From NCBI GenBank assembly GCA_902512305.1, contig CABXIU010000003.1, positions 60,364 to 124,363 on the forward strand: a stretch of DNA of 64,000 bases, read 5' to 3'. The position numbers were made by a program, and so were the translations under genes. This DNA comes from an uncultured Gammaproteobacteria bacterium. Its GTDB lineage: Bacteria; Pseudomonadota; Gammaproteobacteria; PS1; Pseudothioglobaceae. Below are positions 1 to 9,188 of this stretch, one piece after another; the first letter of the stretch is position 1; each line of letters begins with the position of its first letter. Below the pieces are notes generated by a model. It saw only the letters and a program-made list of their open reading frames with translations, was not told where the DNA came from and did not search any database.

Positions 1-122
1 TCAACTATCTAATTTTTTTTCCTCTAATTACTCAAGCATCTTAGTTTTTTTTCTTGTTTTTTTACTCAAATTTAGAAGAAAACCAAGGCTTATCTATATT
101 TCTTAAAAATAAAAAAAAGTTC

Positions 123-152
123 TTGACAATGGAATATTATAAAGCGTATACT
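123..152 (+). promoter_or_regulatory. sigma70-like promoter of the gmaS-mgs operon
   Basis: TTGACA (123-128), 18-nt spacer, TATACT (147-152); implies a 5' leader of about 185 nt. Confidence 0.6.
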
Positions 153-343
153 TCGAGGTAAATTTACTGAAACCTTATTTTTTTTATGGGTAATCACTTG
201 GTTCATTTAGATCTAAATTTATTCAAGTTGAGGATCAGTAATTTAGTCTGATTTTTTTTGGGTTTATTTCTTACAAATCTAAATGAGATCTACTAGGGGG
301 CAAATCTTAAAAAAGATTTTTTTTATTTTTTCGGAGAGATTAA

Positions 344-1822
344 ATGACAGATTTAGAACAACACGTTAATGAACCTGGGCGCGACAAACTTGTAAAAGAA
401 GTAAAAGCTAAAATCGATGCTTTAGGTGTTACCTATGTATATTATCAATTTGTATCAGTTACGGGCCGAATAGTCGGTAAAGGTATTCCTGCTCGTCACT
501 GGGAAAGGTTAGCTGAAAAAGGGTTTCAATTAGTATACGGCTCAACAGCAAACTTATTTGTGGACCGCCATGGTAATTATATCGGTTATGGTCCAGAATC
601 ATCAGAGCTGGTTGGTATTCCTGATCCAGATACTTTTTGCCAACTGCCATGGGATAAGAGAGTTGCAAGAGTTTTTTGTAGACTTTATAGAAACCGTGAA
701 GAGCGCGAAAATCCAGGTGCAGCATTAACATCGGATTGTCGCGGTAATTTACATCGACTTCACAAAGAATTCCAAGACCAATATGGTCTAGATATGCGCT
801 GTGGTACTGAGCCAGAAATGATGTGGCTGAAGCGTGGCGAAGATGGTGGAACGAATGGTGGAGTAACAAAACCAAATTGCTATCATATTGACCAATTTGA
901 AGAGTTACGTCCTGTCTTTATGAAGGTTATTGAGTATTCAGAGCAAATGGGCCTTGACATTATTCAGGGTGACCATGAGGACGCTCCAGGACAATTAGAG
1001 CTTAATACTCAGTTCGATGATGTTTTAAGAAATGCGGATCGTTTGACTACATATCGTCAAATTTGTGCTCAGGTTGCACGTGAGTTTGGATTAATCGCCT
1101 GCTTTATGAGTAAACCGTTTATGGGTGTTTCAGCTTCCGGTTGTCACCATAATATGTCTTTATGGAAGGGCGGAAAAGATGTTTTCCATCCTGAAATTGC
1201 AAGTGGCGATGGTGAGCTTCCAGGTATGCCAGGTTGCTTTACCTATAAAGAGGGTGGTCACAATACATTTATGCCTGACCCTAAGATTGATGAAAAAATG
1301 CCAGGACCAATTGGCCTTAATTCAATCGGCGGTGTGATTAAACACTTACCAGCTTTGACATCGATTGGTTCATCAACAGTGAACTCTTATCGTCGTCTTT
1401 GGGATACAGGTTTTTGGGCGCCAATCTTTGCTGACTGGGGTTACCAAAACAGAACGTGTGCGCTTCGAGTTTCAGCACCGGGTCGTTTTGAGTATCGTTC
1501 AGTTGACTCAATGGTTAATCCATACTTAATGGGCTCAGCACTACTCAAGGCAATGGGTGATGGTATTGATAACAATATTGATGCTGGTGAGGCTGAAGAA
1601 AGAAATATTTACGAGGCGATGGAAGCGGGTAAGGAAGTTACAAAGTTACCAATGTCGCTTGGTGAGGCTATGACTGAGCTCGCAAATGACGAGGTCATCA
1701 AATCTGCAATGCCAGATGAGATGTACAAGGTCTACCACCATTACAAGACTGATGAGTGGGAGCGTTTCAATCACACAGTTACAGATTGGGATATTGAGAC
1801 TTATTTGGACTGCTTACCTTAA
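344..1822 (+). CDS. gmaS: Glutamine synthetase-family ligase, probable gamma-glutamylmethylamide synthetase (divergent GmaS/GlnT)
   Basis: GS motifs GTEPE, DHEDAPGQLELN, FMSKPF..SASGCHHNMS, NRTCALR, RFEYRSVD; directly upstream of mgsABC/glxBCD; RBS GGAG at 333-336. Confidence 0.75.
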   Translation: MTDLEQHVNEPGRDKLVKEVKAKIDALGVTYVYYQFVSVTGRIVGKGIPARHWERLAEKGFQLVYGSTANLFVDRHGNYIGYGPESSELVGIPDPDTFCQLPWDKRVARVFCRLYRNREERENPGAALTSDCRGNLHRLHKEFQDQYGLDMRCGTEPEMMWLKRGEDGGTNGGVTKPNCYHIDQFEELRPVFMKVIEYSEQMGLDIIQGDHEDAPGQLELNTQFDDVLRNADRLTTYRQICAQVAREFGLIACFMSKPFMGVSASGCHHNMSLWKGGKDVFHPEIASGDGELPGMPGCFTYKEGGHNTFMPDPKIDEKMPGPIGLNSIGGVIKHLPALTSIGSSTVNSYRRLWDTGFWAPIFADWGYQNRTCALRVSAPGRFEYRSVDSMVNPYLMGSALLKAMGDGIDNNIDAGEAEERNIYEAMEAGKEVTKLPMSLGEAMTELANDEVIKSAMPDEMYKVYHHYKTDEWERFNHTVTDWDIETYLDCLP

Positions 1823-1850
1823 GCTAGTTTCGATTAAGTTTAAAAAAGAG

Positions 1851-1876
1851 TGCCCGCCTAACGGCGGGCAATTTTC
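1851..1876 (+). terminator. GC-rich stem-loop after gmaS (partial terminator or mRNA stabiliser)
   Basis: TGCCCGCC-TAAC-GGCGGGCA followed by ATTTTC. Confidence 0.6.
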
Positions 1877-1896
1877 AGGGAAAGGGAGATTATTTT

Positions 1897-2835
1897 ATGT
1901 GCGGAATAGCAGGAATTATTCACAAGAATGCCGGCAAGGATGTAAACATTGGTGAGCAAATGACAGCAATGTTGCAAGCTTTGAAGCATAGAGGTCCAGA
2001 CTCTACTGGTTACGCTATGTACGGTGAAGATAACGGGAATCATGTGGTTAGATTTAAGGTTGCTGAGGCAGCTGACTTAGAGGGAAGTTTTGATATACAC
2101 GCTGCAATTGAAGATAGAATTGCGACTGTTAATTCAAGGATGGAAGACTTAGGCGCGAAGATTGTTAAGAAAGAAAGTCCTACTGAATATTCACATCGCT
2201 ATGAGATTCAATTCTCAGGTGATATGAAGAAGTTAGCAGACTTTGTTGAAGATATTGAAGGCGTTGAAATTTTATCCATTGGTAATTCACTCGAATTAAT
2301 CAAAGATCTTGGAGATGCTGCAGTGGTATCTGAGCAGTATGGTCTGAATGACTTCAATGGTACTCATGGCATTGGACATACAAGAATGGCAACTGAGTCA
2401 GATGTTGATATTCGTTCAGCTCACCCTTACTGGGCTTATCCATTTAGTGATGTTGCTGTTGTTCATAATGGGCAGCTAACGAACTACTGGACCAATAGAC
2501 GCGCCCTAGAACTTAAAGGGCATCGTTTCTCCTCGAACTGTGACTCAGAACTGATTGCAGTCTATATTGCAGACAGAATGAATCAAGGTCAGGATTTGGA
2601 AACAGCTATGAAGGACTCTGTTGAGTATTTAGATGGCGTATTTACTTATCTAGTAGCCACCAAGGATCAGCTTGGTATGGCGAAAGATGTAATGGCTGCG
2701 AAACCAATGGTTGTGTATGAAGGAGACGATATGATTGCATTAGCTTCAGAGGAAGTTGCAATTAGAAAGTTGTTCGATCATCACATCGATACATTTGACC
2801 CATATCACGGAGAGGTAAAAGTATGGCAAAACTAA
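1897..2835 (+). CDS. mgsA: Class II glutamine amidotransferase, N-methylglutamate synthase subunit A (GlxB)
   Basis: N-terminal MCGIAG (Ntn Cys2), HRGPDS, GHTRMATES, HNGQLTN; operon context. Confidence 0.8.
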   Translation: MCGIAGIIHKNAGKDVNIGEQMTAMLQALKHRGPDSTGYAMYGEDNGNHVVRFKVAEAADLEGSFDIHAAIEDRIATVNSRMEDLGAKIVKKESPTEYSHRYEIQFSGDMKKLADFVEDIEGVEILSIGNSLELIKDLGDAAVVSEQYGLNDFNGTHGIGHTRMATESDVDIRSAHPYWAYPFSDVAVVHNGQLTNYWTNRRALELKGHRFSSNCDSELIAVYIADRMNQGQDLETAMKDSVEYLDGVFTYLVATKDQLGMAKDVMAAKPMVVYEGDDMIALASEEVAIRKLFDHHIDTFDPYHGEVKVWQN

Positions 2836-3665
2836 AACAAGATAAGTCTCATGAAATGGGACTTCACCAAGAGCAATTAAAAGGAAAAACTCAACAAAGA
2901 TTTTTCTCTATTGATGAGAGTGAAAATCTTACGTATTTTCAATCAAATGAGGTTGACACATCTAAAACTGCAACGATTGATGCTTTGGATATGACGCCAA
3001 GAGAAATTAATCGTGAAATCAGAGCGTTAATGGAAAAAGGTGTGGGTGACATTACAGTTGATAATCCAATGTCAAGACATGGTGTTGGCGTTGGGATTTT
3101 GAATCGACTGAACTTAACATTCTCAGACAGTTTGGGATATTTTGGGTGCGGTTTGATTGATGGTCCTAATGTTCATATTAAAGGGCGTGTCGGTTGGTCA
3201 TGTGCTGAAAATATGATGGCCGGTACTGTTGTGATTGACGGTAATGCAGGTTCAACATTTGGCGCTGCTATTCGTGGTGGTGACCTAGTCTGTAGAGGTA
3301 GTGTTGGTGCTCGTACAGGAATTGATCAAAAAGGTGGAACGATTATTGTTGGTGGAAAAACTGGCGCATTCTCAGGATTCATGATGCAGCGTGGTCGAAT
3401 GATCATTTGTGGCGATGCTGGAATGAACTTAGGTGACTCTATGTATGACGGTACCATTTATGTTGGTGGTGAAGTTGAAGAGCTGGGTGTGGACTGTGTT
3501 CCAGGTGAGATGTCAGAACTAGATGTTCGCTACCTATCTTCAAAGCTAGATATGTATGGAATCAAAACACCTAATGGTGTTGAAAAGATGAACAAGTATG
3601 TTTCTGGTAAACAATTATGGAACTACGATAACTTAGAGCCTAGTGAGAAGAAATTGGTGCTTTAA
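2823..3665 (+). CDS. mgsB: GltB C-terminal/FwdC beta-helix protein, N-methylglutamate synthase subunit B (GlxC)
   Basis: Gly-rich GXGXG repeats, AENMMAG, GARTGIDQKGG, FMMQRG; between mgsA and mgsC. Confidence 0.8.
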   Translation: MAKLKQDKSHEMGLHQEQLKGKTQQRFFSIDESENLTYFQSNEVDTSKTATIDALDMTPREINREIRALMEKGVGDITVDNPMSRHGVGVGILNRLNLTFSDSLGYFGCGLIDGPNVHIKGRVGWSCAENMMAGTVVIDGNAGSTFGAAIRGGDLVCRGSVGARTGIDQKGGTIIVGGKTGAFSGFMMQRGRMIICGDAGMNLGDSMYDGTIYVGGEVEELGVDCVPGEMSELDVRYLSSKLDMYGIKTPNGVEKMNKYVSGKQLWNYDNLEPSEKKLVL

Positions 3666-3700
3666 TCGGACATTTACTAAATTAAATTAAAGGAAATATT

Positions 3701-5038
3701 ATGAGTGATACAGAAGATCAATACAAATTAGGAACTAGTTTCATCTTCCCTAAGGAAGTAATGAACGATATCCACATTAAGTCTGATTTGGGTCGCTATA
3801 GAATGAGAGGATTCTCTCTATTCAAAAAGATACCAACTTGGGATGATTTAACTTTTATGCCTGGAACGTTAACGCGTTTTGTTATTGAAGGCTATAGAGA
3901 AAAATGTTTAACAAAGACAATTATTGGGCCAGAAGCTCCAATACCGCTAGAGTTAGATATTCCAATCTATATTACGGGTATGAGTTTTGGTGCATTAAGT
4001 TATGAAGCTAAAACGGCTTTAGCTCGTGGCGCCACAATGGCAGGAACAGCGACATGTTCTGGTGAAGGCGGAATGATACCTGATGAAAGACGCTATTCAA
4101 GTAAGTGGTTTTATCAATGTATTCAGTCACGTTATGGATTCAATCCAAACCATTTGCGCTTAGCTGACAGTGTTGAGTTTTTTATTGGACAAGGATGTAA
4201 AGTTGGTTTAGGTGGTCACTTAATGGGTCAGAAAGTGACCGATCAAGTTGCTGAAATGCGTTCACTTCCTGCGGGTATCGATCAGAGATCACCTGCGAGA
4301 CACCCTGATTGGTTGGGTCCAGATGATTTAGCCCTTAAGATTGAAGAAATTAGGGAGGCTACTGATGGACAGATTCCTATTCAATTAAAGCTGGGTGCTG
4401 CTCGTGTATACGATGACGTTCGTATGGCTGCAAAAACAGGTTGTGATAGCATCTATATTGACGGTATGGAAGGTGGAACAGGCGCTGGACCTCACCTAGC
4501 TACAGAAGAAACAGGTGTCCCAGGAATTGCGGCAATTCGTCAAGCTCGAAGAGCAATTGATGACGTTGGTATGACGGGTCGAATTTCATTGGTCTATGCT
4601 GGTGGTATTCGAAATGGTGGTGACGTTGCTAAGGCTGTTGCACTAGGTGCTGACGCAGTTGCGATTGGTCACTCTGCGCTTATGGCACTTAACTGTAATA
4701 GAGACACCCCAGAAGCTGACTATGAAGGTGAAATGGGTGTTAAACCAGGTGAATGTTATCACTGTCATACGGGTCGCTGTACCGTTGGTGTTGCGACGCA
4801 AGATCCTGAGCTAAGAAAACGTTTGGATCCTGATGCAGCTTCCGAGCGTGTATATAATTTTCTACATACATTAGCCATTGAGTGTCAAATGATGGCGCGT
4901 GCATGTGGAAAGACAAATGTACACTCTCTTGAGCCAGAAGATTTGGCTGCTTTGACTATGGAGGCCTCGGCTTGTGCACAAGTTCCAATCGCTGGATCTC
5001 AGCACACTGTTGGTCGTCCTGATATGACACGCTTTTAA
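3701..5038 (+). CDS. mgsC: FMN-binding glutamate synthase-family protein, N-methylglutamate synthase subunit C (GlxD)
   Basis: GMSFGALS, SGEGG, GQGCKVGLGGHL, DGMEGGTGA, Fe-S motif CYHCHTGRCTVGVATQDP. Confidence 0.85.
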   Translation: MSDTEDQYKLGTSFIFPKEVMNDIHIKSDLGRYRMRGFSLFKKIPTWDDLTFMPGTLTRFVIEGYREKCLTKTIIGPEAPIPLELDIPIYITGMSFGALSYEAKTALARGATMAGTATCSGEGGMIPDERRYSSKWFYQCIQSRYGFNPNHLRLADSVEFFIGQGCKVGLGGHLMGQKVTDQVAEMRSLPAGIDQRSPARHPDWLGPDDLALKIEEIREATDGQIPIQLKLGAARVYDDVRMAAKTGCDSIYIDGMEGGTGAGPHLATEETGVPGIAAIRQARRAIDDVGMTGRISLVYAGGIRNGGDVAKAVALGADAVAIGHSALMALNCNRDTPEADYEGEMGVKPGECYHCHTGRCTVGVATQDPELRKRLDPDAASERVYNFLHTLAIECQMMARACGKTNVHSLEPEDLAALTMEASACAQVPIAGSQHTVGRPDMTRF

Positions 5039-5052
5039 TATAAGGAGTTATT

Positions 5053-5439
5053 ATGAGTAAAGATGAACAAGCATTCGTAGTCGGAGATAAAGGTCTTGAT
5101 ACCGATCGCGAAGAAGAAATTGGACAACACATTGGTTATCGATATGATGTAAACCTAGTTCCTGATCTGAAGTACATTACCCCGTTTTTACAGAAATACA
5201 TTGACAAAATGGGATGGAAAGATCTTAACTGGCTAGAGGATGTTCATATGGGTTATGAGGAAGACAAAGCCGCTGTATTTGATAGAAATGTCAATGGCTG
5301 GGTAACGATTCCAGACTCAATCAAACTTCCAGACAATCAGCAAGAGCGCGACATGATTGCAAGAGAACTTCTGATTAAGTTTCAAATGTCTGAAAACCAT
5401 CCAATGGTTGATTTAAATAACGCTTACCGTAAATTTTAA
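5053..5439 (+). CDS. Hypothetical 128-aa acidic soluble protein, last gene of the gmaS-mgs operon
   Basis: Strong RBS TAAGGAG, 14 nt after the mgsC stop; no recognised motif. Confidence 0.85.
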   Translation: MSKDEQAFVVGDKGLDTDREEEIGQHIGYRYDVNLVPDLKYITPFLQKYIDKMGWKDLNWLEDVHMGYEEDKAAVFDRNVNGWVTIPDSIKLPDNQQERDMIARELLIKFQMSENHPMVDLNNAYRKF

Positions 5440-5450
5440 TTACTGTAAGT

Positions 5451-5548
5451 GGACTCAAAGGGGTGGTGTGAAGAGAGACAATCTCTTCATATTTTCTCCT
5501 TAGTTTATCGGCACCTCACCCCCTGAGGTGCTGAATAAACTAAAAGAA
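5451..5548 (+). ncRNA. Candidate structured RNA or complex 3' end (two hairpins, C-rich loop)
   Basis: Hairpins 5466-5492 and 5500-5543; GGGGTG (5460-5465) is complementary to the CACCCC loop region. Confidence 0.4.
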
Positions 5549-5579
5549 TTATTTTCATTGTCAATTGATGTTTTTTGAA

Positions 5580-5608
5580 TTGAGAAAATATTTACTTCTA
5601 TGTATACT
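5580..5608 (+). promoter_or_regulatory. sigma70-like promoter of tdm
   Basis: TTGAGA (5580-5585), 17 nt, TATACT (5603-5608), 26 nt upstream of the ATG. Confidence 0.55.
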
Positions 5609-5634
5609 CAGCTTATGAATTCGGGATTGACTCA

Positions 5635-7935
5635 ATGAAGCTCTCTAATATTAAATACGATGGAGATTATGAAACCTACCAAATTATTGGTGGTGAAGCA
5701 ATTTCGATTGATTTAAATAGCGGTGACTCAGTTGAAGTAATTGACGTTGAGGGCGATCAAAAGTGCAGTCTTCTTGCATTTGACTCTAAAAAATCATCAG
5801 CCTTATCTTCTTTAAATTGGAATACAAAGCCAAATAAAAGTTCTAATAAAGTTTCCTCAGGAGATTGCTCTGAAATGCTCAAAGCAATCCTTGAAAATAA
5901 CAAAATAAACTCAAAAAAAATAGATACCACAGAGCTTTTTGCAGAGTCAAGTCCTGCAGATACGCGCCAATCATTTGGTATTAATAGTGATCTTTTATGT
6001 GTCTTTGATGCAAAAGGTGGCCCAATGTTGGTGGATAAGCAAAATTCACCTACAGAAATTTTGATCAATGTTCTTCGTAAGAATCCTTCAAACCCTGCAG
6101 ATCGCCTTCCAGAGCCTTTAGCAAAGACTGTTAAGGAGATTAGGGTTAAAGACTCAACAGCGGTTGCTTACAAAGTAAAGGCGGGTCAATACATCCAAAT
6201 TATTGATGTTGAGGGTCAACAGTGCTCTGATTTACAAGCCTTTTTAGTTGAAGATTTAAATAATAATATAGAGTTGTGTCTTGATCCGACGGTGACTCGA
6301 TCTCAGATGCTCTCAAGCTATCCTGCTCCTGGTACTCATGACAAATTTTATAATCAAAATTCCATTCCTCTAGTTGAGGTGATTCAGGATACCGTCTGTC
6401 GCCATGACACCTTTGGTTTGGCCTGTAATGCAAAATATTACGAAGATCGAGGTTTTCCTGGGCATATCAGCTGTACTGATAACTTTAATAAATCTCTCGC
6501 TGAATATGGGGTCAAACCTAGAAGAAATTGGCCAGCGGTAAACCTCTTTTTTAACACAGCAATTGAAGAGTGCCATTCTTTGACTTCTGATGTCTCTTGG
6601 TCTAGGCCTGGAGATTATGTTTTAATGAGGGCAGTTGATGACTTAATATGTCTCTCCTCAGCGTGTCCAGATGATACAACTTCAGCAAATGGCTGGAATC
6701 CAACTGATATTCATGTTAGGATTTATGGTAAATCCAATAATTTTTCATCGGCAACGGCCTTTAGGCCTGACCCACAATCAATTCCGACTATGACAAAAGA
6801 AACTGGTTTTCACAAGAACACTTCTAAATTAACTAAAAACTTTGACAACTACAGTGGTTATTGGCTGCCACTTGAGTATACCAATTTAGGTGCAATCAAA
6901 GAATACTGGCAATGCCGAGAGGGGGTTGTCATGATTGACCTTGCGCCGCTGAGAAAATTTGAAGTCTACGGGCAGGATGCTGAAGCATTAATGCAATACG
7001 CAATCACCAAGGATGTTCGTAAGCTTGCCATAGGTCAAGTTGTCTACTCCGCTATGTGCTATGACAACGGCTGCATGGTTGATGATGGAACGCTTTTCCG
7101 TCTCTGTGAAAATAATTTCCGATGGATCGGTGGTTCTGACGATGGCGGCAAATTACTCAGAAAAATTGCAGAAGATCAAGGCCTAGATGTGAGAGTCAAG
7201 TCTTCTACTGATCAGCTTCATAATGTTGCAGTTCAAGGTCCTAAAAGTCGAGACACTCTAGAAAAGATAATTTGGACACCTAAACTACAGACCAATATAG
7301 AAGATCTTAAATGGTTCCGATTCACGATTGGAAGGATTGGAGGAGAGTTCGGTATACCTGTCATGGTTTCTCGAACAGGATATTCTGGAGAGTTAGGGTA
7401 TGAGGTTTTTGCTCACCCTAATGACTGTGAGGCGGTTTGGGATGCAATTGCTGAGGCGGGAGAAGAGTTTGGAATATGTCCTTTAGGGCTTAATGCGCTC
7501 GATATGCTTCGCATTGAAGCAGGACTAATCTTTGCTGGATATGAGTTTTGTGACCAGACAGATCCATTCGAAGCAGGCATTGCGTTTACCGTTCCTCTGA
7601 AGACAAAAGAGGACGATTTTTCCGGTAAAGAATCTTTAATTCTTCGCAAGAATTCTCCCCAAAGAGTTTTGGTTGGGTTAGAATTAGAGGGTAATGAAGT
7701 TGCACTCCATGGAGATGGGGTGTATATTGGCAAACAACAGATTGGAATAATTACTAGTGCAACACGTTCACCAATACTTAAAAAGAACATTGCGCTTTGT
7801 AGAATCTCAGTTTCAGAGTCAGAGATTGGCACTGAAGTTGAAGTAGGAAAATTAGACGGTCATCAAAAACGCTTACCTGCAAAGGTAGTTAGATTTCCGT
7901 TTTATGATCCTGAGAAAACTAGAGTTAGAATGTAG
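5635..7935 (+). CDS. tdm: Trimethylamine N-oxide demethylase (DUF1989 + GcvT-type aminomethyltransferase)
   Basis: DUF1989 motifs (DVEGQQCSD, HDTFGLAC..YYE..G..GHISC, SACPDD..ANGWNPTDIHVR) fused to a THF-binding GcvT domain (SRTGYSGELGYE, LRIEAGL); adjacent to tmoX. Confidence 0.88.
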   Translation: MKLSNIKYDGDYETYQIIGGEAISIDLNSGDSVEVIDVEGDQKCSLLAFDSKKSSALSSLNWNTKPNKSSNKVSSGDCSEMLKAILENNKINSKKIDTTELFAESSPADTRQSFGINSDLLCVFDAKGGPMLVDKQNSPTEILINVLRKNPSNPADRLPEPLAKTVKEIRVKDSTAVAYKVKAGQYIQIIDVEGQQCSDLQAFLVEDLNNNIELCLDPTVTRSQMLSSYPAPGTHDKFYNQNSIPLVEVIQDTVCRHDTFGLACNAKYYEDRGFPGHISCTDNFNKSLAEYGVKPRRNWPAVNLFFNTAIEECHSLTSDVSWSRPGDYVLMRAVDDLICLSSACPDDTTSANGWNPTDIHVRIYGKSNNFSSATAFRPDPQSIPTMTKETGFHKNTSKLTKNFDNYSGYWLPLEYTNLGAIKEYWQCREGVVMIDLAPLRKFEVYGQDAEALMQYAITKDVRKLAIGQVVYSAMCYDNGCMVDDGTLFRLCENNFRWIGGSDDGGKLLRKIAEDQGLDVRVKSSTDQLHNVAVQGPKSRDTLEKIIWTPKLQTNIEDLKWFRFTIGRIGGEFGIPVMVSRTGYSGELGYEVFAHPNDCEAVWDAIAEAGEEFGICPLGLNALDMLRIEAGLIFAGYEFCDQTDPFEAGIAFTVPLKTKEDDFSGKESLILRKNSPQRVLVGLELEGNEVALHGDGVYIGKQQIGIITSATRSPILKKNIALCRISVSESEIGTEVEVGKLDGHQKRLPAKVVRFPFYDPEKTRVRM

Positions 7936-8081
7936 TTTTCTTCATTGGATAAGCAATCTTAGAAAAAGTAATTGAAATCTAAGACTGTTTAGTATGGTTT
8001 TTTATAACAATATTTGTTACGAAAGCCGTTTTGTGTTAAATGTTTAAAAAATATTTAATTAATTAAATAAAGGAGAAATAA

Positions 8082-9038
8082 ATGAATAAGTTTACAAGTA
8101 AGGTAGCTGCAGCTGCTTTGTCGTTAACTTTGGCTTCGGTATCTGGTCAGGCTCTGGCAGCTGATTCATCTAAGCCAATCGTTATACCAATTCATAACTG
8201 GTCAAGCCAAGTGGTTATGTCCTACGTTATTGGTGGTATTTTTGAGTCTATGGGTAACAACGTATCTTACGTTCCTGCTGACTCGTCAGGTGTATATGAA
8301 TCGATTCGTCTTGGAGACGTTACTATATCTCACGAAGTTTGGGAAGGAGCCTTTGGCAACGCTTACTATACAGCCATGGAGAAGGGCGGTCTAATAGAGG
8401 CTGGTACCCATTCTGCCTTGACTATTGAAGATATGGGCGTTCCTAACTTCGTAATAGAGCAAAATCTATGTCCTGGACTTCCAAATTGGGAAGCTCTTAA
8501 AGGTTGTGGATCAGTTTTTGCCACTGCCGATTCTGGTGGTAAAGGTGTTTTCTTAGACGGTCCTTGGCACGTTGATGCTGCAACCGGAAAGAATCTATTT
8601 GAAGATCGTATTGGAGCTCTTGGTTTAGATGATGAATACACTTATAAGCAAACTGGTAGTGCAGACGCCCTTTGGGCCGCTATTGATGCTGCAGAAGCTG
8701 CTAATGAAGGTATCATTATATTTAACTGGACACCTAACTTTACGGATAGTGATGGTTTTTACTTCATAGAGTTTCCTCCATACTTCTTTGGTTGCCGTGA
8801 AACAGAAGGTGGTGACGGAGCTTGTGGTTCACCTAGAGGCTGGTTGAAGAAAGCGGCGAACTATAAGTTCCCTAAGACTCATCCAAGTGCGTATAAGGCA
8901 TACACTAAGATAGACTTCACGACTGGAATGATCGGTCAGATGGCTGCTCTAGTTGATATTGATAAGATGTCTCATGAAGATGCTGCAGCTAAGTGGCTTG
9001 CAGATAACGAGGATGTTTGGCAGGCTTTCACCAAATAA
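8082..9038 (+). CDS. tmoX: TMAO ABC transporter substrate-binding protein (glycine betaine/OpuAC family)
   Basis: Signal peptide; IVIPIHNWSSQ and HEVWEGAF typical of TmoX; next to tdm; RBS AAGGAG. Confidence 0.8.
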   Translation: MNKFTSKVAAAALSLTLASVSGQALAADSSKPIVIPIHNWSSQVVMSYVIGGIFESMGNNVSYVPADSSGVYESIRLGDVTISHEVWEGAFGNAYYTAMEKGGLIEAGTHSALTIEDMGVPNFVIEQNLCPGLPNWEALKGCGSVFATADSGGKGVFLDGPWHVDAATGKNLFEDRIGALGLDDEYTYKQTGSADALWAAIDAAEAANEGIIIFNWTPNFTDSDGFYFIEFPPYFFGCRETEGGDGACGSPRGWLKKAANYKFPKTHPSAYKAYTKIDFTTGMIGQMAALVDIDKMSHEDAAAKWLADNEDVWQAFTK

Positions 9039-9050
9039 TCCTTTAATCTA

Positions 9051-9139
9051 GAGCGCTCTTTATTCGAATAGAATAAGGGGTGTTTGTCAAATACCCTTGC
9101 CCTCTTAATTTATAATAATGAGGGGGTAGGGGTATTTTT
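9051..9139 (+). terminator. Tandem stem-loops after tmoX (mRNA stabiliser/attenuating terminator)
   Basis: GAGCGCTCTTTATTC/GAATAAGGGGTGTTT (9051-9085) and AAATACCCTTGCCCTCT/AGGGGGTAGGGGTATTT (9089-9139) with T tail. Confidence 0.6.
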
Positions 9140-9188
9140 ATATATACTTGTAGTGTTTTATTTGTTTCAAAGAATTTAGGAAGATATT

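Noticed and set aside
344-5038. Ordinary glnA plus glutamate synthase (ammonia assimilation)
   Set aside because: The split three-gene GltB-like layout next to tdm, tmoXWV and sox fits the N-methylglutamate pathway better
5635-7935. Glycine cleavage T protein (gcvT)
   Set aside because: About twice the length, with an N-terminal DUF1989 domain, no gcvH/gcvP nearby, and adjacent to tmoX
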